From: Ginkgo biloba
Taxonomy: Eukaryota; Plantae; Ginkgophyta
Direction: 5' to 3'
Length of the DNA: 21,832 nucleotides
Assembly (NCBI GenBank): GCA_024626585.2
Contig: JANKJI020000004.1
Coordinates: forward strand, 129,915,089 to 129,936,920
The notes beneath the pieces were generated by a model. The model worked only from the letters and a program-made list of their open reading frames with translations. It was not told the DNA's origin and did not search any database. The translations under genes were made by a program, and so were the position numbers. How positions within the stretch are numbered: the first letter of the stretch is position 1; every line of letters starts with the position of its first letter. Below are positions 20,040 to 21,832 of the stretch, in pieces.

Positions 20040-20370
20040 AGATCTAACATAGATCAGACATAAATTGGAACGGGTCCCCGCCTCCTCCACATGGACAATT
20101 CTAAAATTCCTTTTATGGCATATAAGCTCAGCCACTATTGTTGTGTTGGTTATTGTGGCAATTATTATTGAAGTTGCTANNNNNNNNNNNNNNNNNNNNN
20201 NNNNNNNNNNNNNNNNNNNNNNNNNNNNNNNNNNNNNNNNNNNNNNNNNNNNNNNNGGTTGTGGAAATTAACACCACCTTTGTTGAAATTAACACCACTA
20301 TTGTTGAAATTACCTCTGTTGTTGTTGGGATTACTGCAACCGTTGTTGAAGCTGCCACTGTTGTTGTTAA
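20040..20370 (-). repeat. 21-bp-period degenerate tandem repeat encoding Asn/Gly-rich low-complexity sequence, probably a gag remnant
   Basis: Plus-strand units GTTGTGGAAATTAACACCACC, TTTGTTGAAATTAACACCACT, ATTGTTGAAATTACCTCTGTT, GTTGTTGGGATTACTGCAACC, GTTGTTGAAGCTGCCACTGTT (20258-20362). The minus strand reads NNNSGSFNNGCSNPNNNRGNFNNSGVNFNKGGVNFHN..SNFNNNCHNNQHNNSG followed by knuckle-like NCPCGGGGDPFQF. Confidence 0.6.
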
Positions 20371-20381
20371 AGCAAGGTTAG

Positions 20382-20651
20382 CAGGGTTCGTGGGTGCGGG
20401 TGCAACATTTTTGGAAGGGGGGTTTGCGGGCTCGTTTTATATATATATATATCAGAGTAGCCGGGTGTGCATCCCCATCCGGTAGGGGACCTGCACCCGG
20501 GATGCAAGTGTGGGTACATTCGGTACTTGGGACGGTCGGGCTGTACCCGACCCTCCCTGGTTACCATCCCCTCGTCCTTACGAGGAGCCACGGTCGTGCC
20601 CAACTCGGGGCCCCAAAAAAAGTCAAAAAAAGATATTTTTTTATAATTTGT
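20382..20651. mobile_element. GC/CpG-rich putative DNA-transposon (hAT-like) terminus with subterminal repeats
   Basis: Begins CAGGGTTCG and has repeated GGGT[GAT]C / G[CT]ACCC motifs in both orientations, a (TA)n run and small perfect hairpins. There is a sharp compositional boundary with the flank. The opposite terminus is not visible, and a gap follows. Confidence 0.45.
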
Positions 20652-21627
20652 NNNNNNNNNNNNNNNNNNNNNNNNNNNNNNNNNNNNNNNNNNNNNNNNN
20701 NNNNNNNNNNNNNNNNNNNNNNNNNNNNNNNNNNNNNNNNNNNNNNNNNNNCTAAATTTATTATTCTTGTTTTGTAATACAACTTTTATAATGATAACTA
20801 ATAAATCTAAAATTGAATTTCTTATTACTTTGTTTAAAATTGTGTGAAACAACAGGGACTTGGCTCTTGTTGCATATAAAAGCAATGATAAGAACTACTA
20901 AAATTGCATTAGTGTGTAATGCAATTTTTTGTTAGGCATTAGGAACATTTAATAAATAATTATTGTGCGTAAAATAATGCTTGCCATTTATCATTCAACC
21001 GCCATTTTCCTCTCACATGCAACCAATAAAAATATGTTAGCATTTTAGCTTTGTACTAGATTGAAGTGTGCAATGCACATGGGGTTTTTATTCACTTTGC
21101 CTCTTGTAAATAAACTTAAAGTTACTTTGAAACTTCATCAACACATAAATGTTTGTCAATCCTCAAAATTAGAAGAAAAGAGCATTGTCATGTGTATGCA
21201 TGGGATCTTGGTTTCTTGCATTTGCAATATTATGCAACCTCGTACTTAGTCATTTAATTGATTAGTTTCTTAACAAGTCTATGCTGAAGTAGTAGCCTAG
21301 GAAAATGCTTTCTTATTGTTACTCGTGGAAAATAGTATGCGTGATTCAGGATATGAATACTATGCTTGAGGATGTTGATTTTATAGGTCTCTAATATTCT
21401 TGATGGCCAAGTCATTGATTTGCTGAAGTAGGCCGTACTAGTTTTCGTTCCTCATTTTGGTAGAGGAAATCTTAGTAGATATTTGTTGAATGAAAATTCT
21501 TCCAAGTGTTTTCTCTAGTTAATATGAGAGCAACATTCGAAGTCAGTCGTGCTCCATTTATTTTAGTTTATTGCTTGCATGTATTAACACTCGTCCTTGG
21601 TTGGAGTTAGAAACATTGTTGAAATGG

Positions 21628-21632
21628 TGCAG
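21628..21632 (+). promoter_or_regulatory. 3' splice acceptor (TGCAG) of the kinase exon
   Basis: TGCAG|AAT GCC AGA CCA matches the plant acceptor consensus at phase 0, and kinase similarity begins exactly at 21633. Confidence 0.85.
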
Positions 21633-21832
21633 AATGCCAGACCACCTTTGCCGACTGCTTGCCCTCTGGCATTTCGTCATCTTATCAAGAGATGTTGGTC
21701 AACAAACCCAGACAAGCGACCAGACTTCAAGTACATTGTGTCAGTTCTAGAGCAATACCATGATTCTCTTAGAGAAGATCCTGCTTTCTTTTTGTCTTAC
21801 AAGCCTACAAAGCGGCACAAACTATTTCAATC
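21633..21832 (+). CDS. Exon (probably the last coding exon, truncated by the window end) of an HT1-like Raf-type group C MAPKKK Ser/Thr/Tyr kinase
   Basis: Open and stop-free: NARPPLPTACPLAFRHLIKRCWSTNPDKRPDFKYIVSVLEQYHDSLREDPAFFLSYKPTKRHKLFQ. This covers kinase subdomains X-XI (RP..P..CP.....LI..CW...P..RP.F..IV..LE) and is close to HT1-family N.RPPLP..C..A..HLIKRCWS.NP.KRPDF..IV.VLE.Y. The ORF track misses it because it has no start codon or stop within the window. Confidence 0.93.

Noticed and set aside
19528-20362. Short tandem repeats as a CRISPR-like array
   Set aside because: The units are adjacent and degenerate with no unique spacers, there are no cas genes, and the context is eukaryotic.
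3434-20885. Long ORFs in the track that are mostly X (3434-3907, 12058-12925, 17760-18376, 20367-20885 and others)
   Set aside because: These are artefacts of reading through N-gaps, not evidence of genes.

Overview
AT-rich, CpG-depleted land-plant nuclear DNA from a gappy draft assembly (16 N-runs, seven of exactly 100 N, probably gaps of unknown size). The repeat families and apparent intron size suggest a large-genome plant such as a gymnosperm or fern (inference). The only intact host coding sequence is at the right edge: an exon from 21633 (after a TGCAG acceptor) encoding the C-terminal end of an HT1-like Raf-type (group C MAPKKK) kinase domain. I saw no upstream exon of that gene, so most of the window is probably one giant intron. 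It is filled with decayed, nested transposons: three Ty3/gypsy pol fragments, four L1-like LINE ORF2 fragments, gag remnants, two accessory-ORF remnants, LTR-like pieces, one LTR element with two LTRs, a tRNA-iMet PBS and a candidate 5-bp TSD, and a GC-rich hAT-like terminus. The most notable item missing from the ORF track is an apparently intron-less, internally deleted copper amine oxidase (CuAO) pseudogene fragment (9874-10320) lying between two diverged copies of a ~240-bp repeat. I found no convincing evidence of a wholly new biological system. All protein assignments come from manual translation and remembered family motifs, not from database searches.
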